Assembly (NCBI GenBank): GCA_942492815.1
Contig: OW818658.1
Location: 5,996,284-6,060,283, forward strand
Length of the DNA stretch: 64,000 bases
Source: Candidatus Hydrogenedentales bacterium
GTDB taxonomy: Bacteria; Hydrogenedentota; Hydrogenedentia; Hydrogenedentales; JAEUWI01
Direction: 5' to 3'
The position numbers were made by a program, and so were the translations under genes. Of the stretch, positions 53,450 to 62,069 are shown piece by piece. The notes beneath the pieces were generated by a model. The model was given only the letters and a program-made list of their open reading frames with translations, did not search any database and was not told the origin of the DNA. How positions within the stretch are numbered: position 1 is the stretch's first letter; each line of letters opens with the position of its first letter.

Positions 53450-54488
53450 GGTAGATCTCCCCCAGAAGAGCGTCAATATCGTAGGCGTAGCGCCAGTTCG
53501 GGTAGTGGGACTGAAATTTGCCCACGTCGCTGATCCACCAGATGTGATCGCCGATGCGGTTGTCGTCCTCGTAGCGGATATCCATTTTGTTCCCGGTGAT
53601 GACCTCGCACTTGGCGATGGCTTCCTGCATGGAGCAGTTGCTGTGGCGGCTCCCGCCGATGTTGTACACCTCCCCCGAGCGCGGCGCGCGAAGCACTTCA
53701 AAAAAGCAGTTGACCAGGTCGCTGGAGTGGATATTGTCCCGTACCTGCTTGCCCTTGTAGCCGAAGATGCGGTATTCCTTCTTCGTGATGGCGCATTTCA
53801 TGAGGTAGGACAGAAATCCGTGGAGCTCTGCGCCGGAGTGGCCCGGTCCGGTGAGGCAGCCGCCCCGGAAAACGGCGGTCTTCATGCCGAAATAGCGGCC
53901 ATATTCCTGCACCATGACATCGGCAGCCACCTTGGAAGCACCGAAGACCGAGTGCTTGCACTGGTCGATGGACATGGTCTCGTCGATGCCGTCCTTCGCG
54001 TAGGGGTGGCTCTCGGCCACTTCCCAACGGGTTTCCAACTCCACCAGGGGCAGGTTGTTGGGCGTATCGCCGTAGACCTTGTTGGTCGAGGTGAAAATGA
54101 AAGGCGCTTCTGGGCAATGTTGACGCGTGAGTTCCAGGAGGTTCAGCGTACCCACCGCATTCACGCCGAAATCGGTCAGGGGTTCTTTCGCCGCCCAGTC
54201 GTGGCTCGGCTGGGCCGCCGTGTGCACCACGAGTTCTATGGACGAGCTATAGGATTTGAAGATAGCCTCCAGGGCGCCAAAGTCGCGAATATCCGCCTCG
54301 TGGTGCGCGTAGTTCGCGTGGTCCGCGCGGAGCCGCTCCACCGCCCAATGGGTCGAGGCTTCCTCCCCGAAGAAGTACGCGCGCATGTTGTTGTCCACGC
54401 CCGCCACAGTGTACCCTGCTGCGATGAAGCGGCGGACCGTTTCCGCACCAATCAGACCGGCCGAACCGGTTACCAGAACCACACCCAT
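53427..54488 (-). CDS. NAD-dependent sugar epimerase/dehydratase family protein (extended SDR)
   Basis: [15 protein letters not shown] Rossmann motif. ~350 aa. CDP-paratose-2-epimerase-like. The catalytic YxxxK is not clearly canonical (FGASK). Confidence 0.65.
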   Translation of the reverse strand: MGVVLVTGSAGLIGAETVRRFIAAGYTVAGVDNNMRAYFFGEEASTHWAVERLRADHANYAHHEADIRDFGALEAIFKSYSSSIELVVHTAAQPSHDWAAKEPLTDFGVNAVGTLNLLELTRQHCPEAPFIFTSTNKVYGDTPNNLPLVELETRWEVAESHPYAKDGIDETMSIDQCKHSVFGASKVAADVMVQEYGRYFGMKTAVFRGGCLTGPGHSGAELHGFLSYLMKCAITKKEYRIFGYKGKQVRDNIHSSDLVNCFFEVLRAPRSGEVYNIGGSRHSNCSMQEAIAKCEVITGNKMDIRYEDDNRIGDHIWWISDVGKFQSHYPNWRYAYDIDALLGEIYHGFEGRI

Positions 54489-54631
54489 AAACGCTCCCGA
54501 TGAACGGCACGATACGTAGAAGGAAGAAAACGGCGAAATGCGAGACGCCATTCTAGCGCACAATCGTGCGAGGCTGTCAACCGGCGCGGCGACCCCGAGG
54601 CGGTGTGTTTGGCGCGAGTCGACTTCCTTCA

Positions 54632-54735
54632 CTGCAGGGACGAGAGCGACATCAGGGACGGCAGGCTGCGATGGCCGGAATTTGCTGTCGTTTGCAGAGT
54701 TCCTGCTGTCTCTGCCGTCCCTGACGTCCCTGCAA
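54632..54735. repeat. REPIN-like NNCAGRGAC inverted-array hairpin, copy 4 (divergent promoter region between the two epimerase genes)
   Basis: CTGCAGGGACGAGAGCGACATCAGGGACGGCAGG ... CCTGCTGTCTCTGCCGTCCCTGACGTCCCTGCAA. Confidence 0.85.
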
Positions 54736-54800
54736 CCATCGGCCAGATGCTACGGCTGCTTTGCATTGCCGGTCTCTCGTACCGTTCCCGGAGCCCGCCC

Positions 54801-55865
54801 ATGAAAACCATCCTCGTCACCGGCGGCGCCGGCTTTGTGGGCTCCTGCCTGGCCATGGGCCTCAAAGCACGCGGCGAGAACACCCGCGTGGTCGCCTTCG
54901 ACAATCTCCGCCGGCGCGGCTCCGAGCTGAATCTGCCCCGACTCAAGGCGGCGGGCGTGGAGTTCCTCCATGGCGACATCCGCTGTCCCGGCGACCTGGA
55001 AGAAGTTGGTCCCTTTGACGTGCTCATCGAGTGCAGCGCGGAGCCTTCGGTGCTGGCCGGCTATGGCGGCTCACCCAAGTATGTGCTGGAGACCAACCTG
55101 ACCGGCACGTTGAATTGCCTGGAAGCCGCCCGGCAGCACGGGAGCGACATCCTGTTTCTTTCCACGAGCAGGGTCTATCCCATGGAGACCATTGCGAGCC
55201 TGCGCTACCGCGAGACGGAGACCCGCCTGGAGCTGGAAGCGGAGCAGCCCGTGTCGGGGGCCAGCGCCGAGGGCATCGCGGAGGACTTTCCCCTCGAAGG
55301 GGTACGCTCCCTCTATGGCGCAACCAAACTGGCCTCAGAACTGGTGATGGCGGAGTACCTGTCCATGTACGGCCTGCGGGGCGTCATCAACCGCTGCGGC
55401 GTGCTGACCGGACCCTGGCAGATGGGCAAGGCCGATCAGGGCGTGGTGGTCCTCTGGGCCGCGCGCCATGCCTATGGCGGCGCATTGAAATATATCGGCT
55501 ACGGCGGTCAGGGCAAGCAGGTTCGGGACATGCTCCATGTGGAAGATCTCCTCGATCTGGTGTGTATCCAGCTCGCTCGATTGGACGAGTTCAGCGGGCG
55601 GACCTTCAACGTGGGCGGGGGCCGCGCCGTGAGCACCTCGCTTCAGGAATTGACCGGACTGTGCCAGCGCTTTACAGGCAATACCATCCCCATCGCGGGT
55701 GAAGTTGCGAACCGTGCTGCCGATATACCCCTCTACCTAACAGACAACCGGCGCGTGACGGCGGCCACGGGCTGGACACCGGCGCGCACGGCAGATATGA
55801 TTGTGGAGGAGGTTTGCGCGTGGCTGAGGGACCACGAAGGGGCGCTGCGGCCGCTATTGAGTTGA
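54801..55865 (+). CDS. NAD-dependent sugar epimerase/dehydratase family protein (extended SDR)
   Basis: ILVTGGAGFVGSCLA Rossmann motif. YGATKLASE catalytic YxxxK. Confidence 0.75.
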   Translation: MKTILVTGGAGFVGSCLAMGLKARGENTRVVAFDNLRRRGSELNLPRLKAAGVEFLHGDIRCPGDLEEVGPFDVLIECSAEPSVLAGYGGSPKYVLETNLTGTLNCLEAARQHGSDILFLSTSRVYPMETIASLRYRETETRLELEAEQPVSGASAEGIAEDFPLEGVRSLYGATKLASELVMAEYLSMYGLRGVINRCGVLTGPWQMGKADQGVVVLWAARHAYGGALKYIGYGGQGKQVRDMLHVEDLLDLVCIQLARLDEFSGRTFNVGGGRAVSTSLQELTGLCQRFTGNTIPIAGEVANRAADIPLYLTDNRRVTAATGWTPARTADMIVEEVCAWLRDHEGALRPLLS

Positions 55866-56016
55866 CGGGGGGCGCAGTTTACACGGTCAGATTACACAGT
55901 TTACGCCCTATCCTCTTTTCGGCATGGGAGTTAGACCGAGAATAGGATTGACCGTTTGGGCGGTCGGTGGTATCATGAACATATCTGAAACCCTTGAAAT
56001 ATCGGGAGATGCAAGC

Positions 56017-57045
56017 ATGAAGAAGCCCAGTGGTGTGGAAATGAAGTCCAGCGCGGCCCGCGCCGGTTTCACGCTCATAGAACTCTTGACGGTAATCGCG
56101 ATTATTGCGATCCTCGCGGGGATGACGGCCGTGGCCGTGCCGCGCTATCTTGAAAAGGCCCAAGTTACCAAGGCCAAGACCAATATTGAAAACGTGGCCA
56201 AGGCCCTCGCCGCGAAGTCAGCCGAGTCAGGCAATACCACGGGCTACCCCGTGGCCTACGGCTTTGTGCTGCCCGAAGCCCGGGAAGTTGCGCCTGCCAC
56301 ACTGCTTCTCAACCCGGAGCTTTATTATCAGTTGCGCCCCTATACGGCTGAGATCGGGCTTCACCAGGATCTGAATGTGTACGAGCTACCCCGCTGGATG
56401 CTGTCGGCCTATGACAGCGACAACAACGGCCAGCTCGGGCTCCTGGAGTACTCGCCGATCGGCGAGAAGGATTCCGGCACCAATACCTATACGTTTTCTT
56501 TGGAGATGTACTCCGGTCCGAATGGCGAATTCCCGGGTGCGGGCGCGAGCAACAACCCGGCTATCGTGAGTCTGTCCGAAGTAACCCTGCAATCCAAGGA
56601 CGGCATTCAACGGCCCTTTGCCTATGTGCCCTTCAACAAGCGCCAGCTCTCCGCAATTCGTCGCTACTGGACGAATCAACTTGATGAGTTTGGTACGACG
56701 GTGGACGCGGCGGACCCCGACCTCCAGGGTCGGCTTTTCTTCCCACCGCCGAACTATGACGGATTCGTACTCGTCGGCAATGGCCCCGGTGGTACCAACG
56801 GTGGCGTGGTAGCCGATCCTCCCGCGAAGAGCGGTGCTGGCTACGATGATGCGTACGTTTACCACATGGCGGCGTTGCGCACGGCTTTCCTGGCCACGCG
56901 CGACTGGGATCGGGACGGAGTCGGTGGCGGACAGCCCGACGGCAAACGGGACTTCGACTTCGAGGCCCGCAAGGACGCGCAGGAACTGAACATGCTGCCC
57001 GACGGCACCAACGGGGCTGGTGCCTTCATCAAGGTGGTTGAGTAA
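56017..57045 (+). CDS. type IV pilin/pseudopilin-like protein with a prepilin-type N-terminal cleavage/methylation motif and a large C-terminal domain
   Basis: Motif ...ARAGFTLIELLTVIAIIAILAGM, followed by a GspG-like alpha1 helix (AVPRYLEKAQVTKAKTNIENVAKAL). 343 aa; Ser/Thr/Gly-rich C-terminal part. An alternative start lies at 56041. Confidence 0.75.
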   Translation: MKKPSGVEMKSSAARAGFTLIELLTVIAIIAILAGMTAVAVPRYLEKAQVTKAKTNIENVAKALAAKSAESGNTTGYPVAYGFVLPEAREVAPATLLLNPELYYQLRPYTAEIGLHQDLNVYELPRWMLSAYDSDNNGQLGLLEYSPIGEKDSGTNTYTFSLEMYSGPNGEFPGAGASNNPAIVSLSEVTLQSKDGIQRPFAYVPFNKRQLSAIRRYWTNQLDEFGTTVDAADPDLQGRLFFPPPNYDGFVLVGNGPGGTNGGVVADPPAKSGAGYDDAYVYHMAALRTAFLATRDWDRDGVGGGQPDGKRDFDFEARKDAQELNMLPDGTNGAGAFIKVVE

Positions 57046-57072
57046 CCCGTTATCCACATAGCACGTAAATCT

Positions 57073-57108
57073 CGCGGCAGGTCTTCGGACCTGCCGCGTT
57101 TCTTTTGG
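57073..57108 (+). terminator. Rho-independent terminator of the pilin-like gene
   Basis: CGCGGCAGGTC-TTCG-GACCTGCCGCG followed by TTTCTTTT. Confidence 0.7.
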
Positions 57109-57109
57109 G

Positions 57110-57812
57110 CCCGGGGGGGGACCGTCCTGCACGAACAAAATCGCCTTCCGCAAGTGCCGCGTTGCAACAGGAAGTACCCTCCAACCGAGGGAGATCAACC
57201 ACCCGTGCGGGACCGTCCCCCGCTTTAAAAGCGCGGGACGGTCCCGAACGCGCAGAGGTCTTGCGGCGCGCTGCCGTGATTCGCACGACCCACGGACCTC
57301 ACCCGTGACACCGTTGCCCGGACGTTCAGGACGGTCCCGTCGTAACGCGGGGACTGTCCTGCACGAACAAAATCGCCTTCCGCAAATGCCGCGTTGCAAC
57401 AAAAAGCACCCTCCAACCGAGGGAGATCAACCACGCGTGCGGGACCGTCCCCCGTTTTAAAAGCGCGGGACGGTCCCGAACGCACAGGGGGCTGCGGCAG
57501 GCTTCCGTGGTCCGTATGACCTGCGGACCTCACCCGTGACCCCGGTGCCCGGACGTTCAGGACGGTCCCGTCGTAACGCGGGGACTGTCCTGCACGAACA
57601 AAATCGCCTTCCGCAAATGCCGCGTTGCAACAAAAAGCACCCTCCAACCGAGGGAGATCAACCACGCGTGCGGGACCGTCCCCCGTTTTAAAAGCGCGGG
57701 ACGGTCCCGAACGCATAGTGTGCTTCGTCCAACCGGGTTTCACCGATCGAACCACACTACCTATCATAAATCAAGAGCCCCTGCGTTCAGGACGGTCCCG
57801 TCGTTGCGCTAT
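57110..57812. repeat. direct tandem repeat, ~240-bp unit x ~2.6 copies, each carrying several GGGAC(C/T)GTCCC palindromes (related to the MITE-like terminal inverted repeats at 37.7 kb)
   Basis: Unit boundaries at ~57113, 57353 and 57593. Motifs CGCGGGACGGTCCCGAACGC, CGTTCAGGACGGTCCCGTCG and GGGGACTGTCCTGCACGAAC recur. Confidence 0.9.
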
Positions 57813-57851
57813 ACTACGCCCCCGATGTCTCTCCACTAGAAAGCCTTTCCC

Positions 57852-58679
57852 ATGTTTCATGACTTCATCGAGCCCGGCGTTCCGGTCGTGCTCTTCTGGA
57901 TCTTCGTCTCCGTCGCCATCATCATCCAGGGCATCAGCAAATCCGGCTTTGCGGGCGGTGCGGGGATCCTGTCACTGCCGCTGATGATGCTGGTGATGCC
58001 CGTCGACAAAGTCGCGGCGACGCTGCTGCCCCTGCTGATCCTGTGCGACTTCAACGCGATCTACCACCACCGGCACAACAAGGACTGGACACAGGTGATG
58101 CGGATCTTTGTGCCGTCGTGCCTCGGCATCGTGCTGGGAGCGCTGGTGTGGTGGAAGATCGGGCGCGAGGGTGTGGAGTTTTACAGCCTCTTGATCAAGC
58201 GCATGGTGGGCGTGATCGCGATTATCTTCGGACTCTACATCGCCGCGAAGGACCAATCCATGGCGTGGGTGGCGCACCACAAGGCGGGGCGGAAGACGGC
58301 GGTGATCGTGGGTATCGTGGCCGGCTTCACGTCCACCATTGCCCACGCTGCCGGGCCCATCGTGAGCCTGTATATATACTCTCAGGGCTTCAACAAGACC
58401 CTCTTCGTGGGAACGGTGGCCTGGACCTTCACGCTGATCAACCTGACCAAGCTGCCCTTTTATGCCTGGGCCGGACTCGTGGATACGAGCGTACTCTGGT
58501 TCGACGCATGCCTCGTGGCGCTGATCCCGGTGGGCTCGTGGCTCGGCCACTGGATGCACCACCGGGTGTCGAAATGGTGGTTCAGCCGGATCATCATGGT
58601 GCTGACCCTGGTGGCGGGCGTGCAGTTGTTGTTTGACGTGCAGGTGATCCAGTGGGCGCTGGAACTGCTGGTGCGCTAA
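57852..58679 (+). CDS. TauE/SafE-family (DUF81) sulfite-exporter-like membrane protein
   Basis: 275 aa, ~8 TM. Duplicated four-TM halves with GxGGG-like motifs (FAGGAGILSLPLM, AHAAGPIVSLYI). Confidence 0.7.
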   Translation: MFHDFIEPGVPVVLFWIFVSVAIIIQGISKSGFAGGAGILSLPLMMLVMPVDKVAATLLPLLILCDFNAIYHHRHNKDWTQVMRIFVPSCLGIVLGALVWWKIGREGVEFYSLLIKRMVGVIAIIFGLYIAAKDQSMAWVAHHKAGRKTAVIVGIVAGFTSTIAHAAGPIVSLYIYSQGFNKTLFVGTVAWTFTLINLTKLPFYAWAGLVDTSVLWFDACLVALIPVGSWLGHWMHHRVSKWWFSRIIMVLTLVAGVQLLFDVQVIQWALELLVR

Positions 58680-58722
58680 GCGGGACAGACCGCAACTCAT
58701 ACTCCGGTGATTTTTCGCTGAT

Positions 58723-58811
58723 TTCAGGGACAACAGGGACTTCAGAGACGGCAGTAAAAGAAGCTCTTAACGATCTCACTGCTGTCCCTGTTGTCCCTGC
58801 TGTCTCTGCAA
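58723..58811. repeat. REPIN-like NNCAGRGAC inverted-array hairpin, copy 5
   Basis: TTCAGGGACAACAGGGACTTCAGAGACGGCAG ... CACTGCTGTCCCTGTTGTCCCTGCTGTCTCTGCAA. Confidence 0.85.
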
Positions 58812-58897
58812 CCTCCTAACGACGCCAGCGGTATGCATCGTGCCCACTAAGGTATACGCGCGCCCCCAACCCGCGCCAACCTGGAAGGACCATACCC

Positions 58898-59425
58898 GTG
58901 GAAATTGAAACGCCCCGCCTGCGATTGCGCCCCTGGCGTTTGGAAGACAAACCCGCACTGCTGCGCCACGCGGACAACCCGAACGTTTCGCGCAACCTCT
59001 GCAACATGTTCCAATCGCCCTACACCGAGGCGGATGCGGAATCGTGGATTCAGAGCTGTCTGGCCACCGAGGGCCCGTGCAGAAAATTCGCCATCGAGAT
59101 CGAGGGCGAGGTGGTCGGGGGAATCGGAATCCACCCGCGAGAGGACGTCTTGGCGCAGACGGCGGAGATCGGTTACTGGCTCGGCGAATCCAACTGGGGC
59201 CGGGGCTACATGACCGAGGCGCTCCGCGCGATCGTGATTCATGCCTTCGAGACCTTTGAGTATCACCGGCTGGAGGCGGGCCATTTCGGGTGGAACCCGG
59301 CCTCGGGGCGCGTGCTCGAAAAAGCGGGCTTTCAACTGGAAGGCTGCCAGCGCGAGCGATTCTTCAAGAACGGCGAGTTTACCGACAACATGATCTATGG
59401 CCTGTTACGTGACGAGATCGTATAA
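58898..59425 (+). CDS. GNAT-family N-acetyltransferase (RimJ/RimL-like)
   Basis: TPRLRLRPWRLED... and the acetyl-CoA-binding core (IGYWLGESNWGRGYMTEALRAI). Confidence 0.75.
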   Translation: MEIETPRLRLRPWRLEDKPALLRHADNPNVSRNLCNMFQSPYTEADAESWIQSCLATEGPCRKFAIEIEGEVVGGIGIHPREDVLAQTAEIGYWLGESNWGRGYMTEALRAIVIHAFETFEYHRLEAGHFGWNPASGRVLEKAGFQLEGCQRERFFKNGEFTDNMIYGLLRDEIV

Positions 59426-59444
59426 CACGTGACTAGCCACTCAT

Positions 59445-59545
59445 GGGACGGATCAGACGGATCGGACCGATCTGCTTGATTAGATCGGTCTGATCCGTCC
59501 GATTGACTACGCGCCGTCAATTGTCCATTGTCCATTGTCAATTGA
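59445..59545. repeat. GATC-rich palindromic element copy D (59445-59505) immediately followed by (CAATTGT)-type heptamers (59516-59545), 10 nt upstream of the ABC exporter start
   Basis: GGGACGGATCAGACGGATCGGACCGATCTGCTTGATTAGATCGGTCTGATCCGTCCGATTG, then GTCAATTGTCCATTGTCCATTGTCAATTG. Confidence 0.85.
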
Positions 59546-59556
59546 TATAATCCGCC

Positions 59557-61329
59557 ATGACCTTCGGCTCCCCCACATTCTGGCGCTTTCTCCGCTACGC
59601 CCGCCCCTACCGCTTTTACATTCTCGGCTCGGTGGCGACGGGCGTGGTGAAGTTTACCCTCGCGCTCCTGCTTCCCTTTGCCATGGGCTATTCCCTGGAC
59701 CATATTATCCTGGCGAATATCCCCGGTGACGAGAAGATGAACCGGCTCCTCCAGATGTCGTGGATTCTCATCGCGGTGTTCATCGCCCGCATCCCCATCG
59801 CTTACTACCGCTCCTACTGGGCGGAACTGGCGGGCAATCGCACCATCTTCGACATCCGCAACGCCCTCTACGCCCACGTCCAATCCCTCGGGCTCGCCTA
59901 CCACGCGGGCCAGCGCACCGGCGCCACCACCTCGCGCCTGACGAACGACATCAACCAGGCCCAGGGCATCCTCGATCGGGGCGTCATGTCCGTGGCGGTC
60001 GATTTCATTTTTCTTGTGGGCGTGGTGATCTTTCTCTTCTTCAAAAACTGGCAACTGGCCACGGCGAGCCTTTTCACCCTGCCCATGTACGCCCTCGTCT
60101 TCGGTCTGCTCAACCCGCGCCTTCGCGTGGCGTCCCAGCGCTCCCTTGACGAGATGTCCCACCTTTCCGGCGAGATCAACGAAAAGCTCACGGGCCACAG
60201 CGTGGTCATGTCCTTCGTGCGCGAGCGCTCCGAGCGCCTCCGCTTCATGAAGTTGCACCGGAAGTACTATGACGAAGTGATGGTGCGCACCCGGATCCAC
60301 GTCTCCATGTTTCAAGTGGGCGAGTTCTTCACCATGGTCGGCCCGCTGGTGGTTACCCTGGTGGGCACCTGGCTTGCCGTGAATGGCTCCCTCACGCCCG
60401 GAGAACTGGCGGCCTTCAGCGGCTACCTCGCCCACCTCTATCTGCCCACGCGCCGCCTGGCCGACGCCTCCGCCGCCGTTCAGATGCAGCTCGCAGGCAT
60501 GGACCGCGTCTTCGCCATTCTCGATGTACGGCCCGACATCGCCGACACGCCCGACGCCAAGCCCCTTCGACTCACCGAGGGCCGCATCACTTTCGACAAC
60601 GTGTACTTTTCCTACCTCGACGACCAGCCCGTGATCGAGGGCATTTCCCTCGAAGTAGAGCCCGGCCAGGCCGTGGCCATCGTGGGTCGCAGCGGTGGCG
60701 GCAAGAGCACCCTGGTGAAGCTCGTGCCCCGATTCTACGACGTAAAGAGCGGCGCAATACGCATCGACGGCCAGGACATCCGCGACGTCACGCTCCACTC
60801 TCTGCGCGAGAAGATCGGCATGGTGATGCAGGACGCGATCCTCTTCGGCGGCTCCGTGCGCGAGAACATCCTCTATGGTCGCCGCGGCGCCACGGAAGAA
60901 GAGATGCTCGAAGCGGCCCGCATGGCCCACGTGGACGAGTTCGTGGACGAATTGCCCAAGGGCTACGACACCCTCATCGGCGAGCGCGGCGTGACCCTCA
61001 GCGGCGGCCAGAAGCAACGCCTCAGCATCGCCCGGGCTTTCCTGCGCGACCCGGAAATCCTCATCCTCGACGAAGCCACCTCCAGCCTCGACTCCCACGC
61101 GGAAAACGTGATCCAGGAAGCCCTGGAGCGCCTCATGAAAGGCCGGACCACGCTGGTCATCGCCCACCGCCTCGCCACCGTCGTGGACTGCGACCGCGTT
61201 GTCGTGATCGAAGACGGCCGCATCGTCCAGGACGGCGCCCACGACGCCCTCATCAACGAAGAAGGCCCCTACCGCGCGCTGTGCGAAGAGCAATTCGGCG
61301 CAGTGCAGTTGGAAGATCTGGCGGGTTAA
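59557..61329 (+). CDS. ABC exporter, fused permease/ATPase (MsbA-like half-transporter)
   Basis: Six-TM N-terminal domain. Walker A GRSGGGKST. Signature LSGGQKQRLSIARA. Walker B ILILDEAT. Confidence 0.9.
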   Translation: MTFGSPTFWRFLRYARPYRFYILGSVATGVVKFTLALLLPFAMGYSLDHIILANIPGDEKMNRLLQMSWILIAVFIARIPIAYYRSYWAELAGNRTIFDIRNALYAHVQSLGLAYHAGQRTGATTSRLTNDINQAQGILDRGVMSVAVDFIFLVGVVIFLFFKNWQLATASLFTLPMYALVFGLLNPRLRVASQRSLDEMSHLSGEINEKLTGHSVVMSFVRERSERLRFMKLHRKYYDEVMVRTRIHVSMFQVGEFFTMVGPLVVTLVGTWLAVNGSLTPGELAAFSGYLAHLYLPTRRLADASAAVQMQLAGMDRVFAILDVRPDIADTPDAKPLRLTEGRITFDNVYFSYLDDQPVIEGISLEVEPGQAVAIVGRSGGGKSTLVKLVPRFYDVKSGAIRIDGQDIRDVTLHSLREKIGMVMQDAILFGGSVRENILYGRRGATEEEMLEAARMAHVDEFVDELPKGYDTLIGERGVTLSGGQKQRLSIARAFLRDPEILILDEATSSLDSHAENVIQEALERLMKGRTTLVIAHRLATVVDCDRVVVIEDGRIVQDGAHDALINEEGPYRALCEEQFGAVQLEDLAG

Positions 61330-61419
61330 AGTCTGTCGCACATACGCCACGATTGTTGATGCATGTCATAGTGACCAATGGTACAATGGCGAAGAGGTAG
61401 AATCCCGAGGAGGCCGCGC

Positions 61420-61635
61420 GTGTCAAACATCAAGAAGCAAATTGTGACCGACGAAAGCGGCCGCCCGATAGCCGTTCAGATTTCCTACGACGACTGGGTT
61501 CGGCTGGAGGCACGATTGGCCGAGAAAGGCGAGCCGCCCGCAAAGACCGGCGATCTGAGCAAGCACTTCGGAGTCATGCCGCTCCGCTTCGACCCCATGG
61601 AGTTTCAGCAACGGGCACGTAGCGAATGGCCGTAG
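61420..61635 (+). CDS. type II antitoxin (VapB/Phd-like) paired with the downstream PIN toxin
   Basis: Small ORF with GTG start after a GAGGAGG ribosome-binding site. Overlaps vapC by 10 nt. Motif QIVTDESGRPIAVQISYDDW. Confidence 0.6.
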   Translation: MSNIKKQIVTDESGRPIAVQISYDDWVRLEARLAEKGEPPAKTGDLSKHFGVMPLRFDPMEFQQRARSEWP

Positions 61636-62024
61636 GCCAGGTGCTCGATACCAACGTCGTGCTCTACCATCTTGGCGGACGATTGGCGGAGCCAATTAGC
61701 GGCACGCAGTGCTGCGTGTCTATTGTCACGCAATTGGAACTCCTGTCATATCCGGACATCACTCCAGCGGAAGAATCATTCATCCGCACCTTCCTGGCGG
61801 ACCTCACCATTGTCGACTTGAGTTCGGAAATTTGTCAGTCAACGGTCTATCTCCGCCGGGCCTATCGCTTGAAGCTTCCCGACGCTATCATTTGCGCCAC
61901 CGCTCTCGCGCTGAATGCAACGCTTTTGACAAACGACAAGCAACTTGCGGCAGTCTCCGAAATCCGCATGGAACGTGTAGCCCTCAGTTCCCAGGAAGGA
62001 CAGGGCACCCCAGACCCCAACTAG
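61626..62024 (+). CDS. vapC: PIN-domain ribonuclease toxin
   Basis: LDTNVVLYHL (first conserved Asp). ...TNDKQLAA (C-terminal acidic residue). 132 aa. Confidence 0.75.
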   Translation: MAVGQVLDTNVVLYHLGGRLAEPISGTQCCVSIVTQLELLSYPDITPAEESFIRTFLADLTIVDLSSEICQSTVYLRRAYRLKLPDAIICATALALNATLLTNDKQLAAVSEIRMERVALSSQEGQGTPDPN

Positions 62025-62069
62025 CAAGGGGCAAGAACGGGAATCACATTGAGAAAGGGAGGCCTTGTG

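Noticed and set aside
52643-53701. Long 5' extensions of the GT2 (to 53701), epimerase (to 54632), GH5 (to 4562) and ppiD (to 30853) ORFs
   Set aside because: The extensions are Arg/Ala-rich and overlap neighbouring genes or hairpin repeats. The chosen internal Mets coincide with family N-termini such as the Rossmann motif, signal peptide or TM helix.
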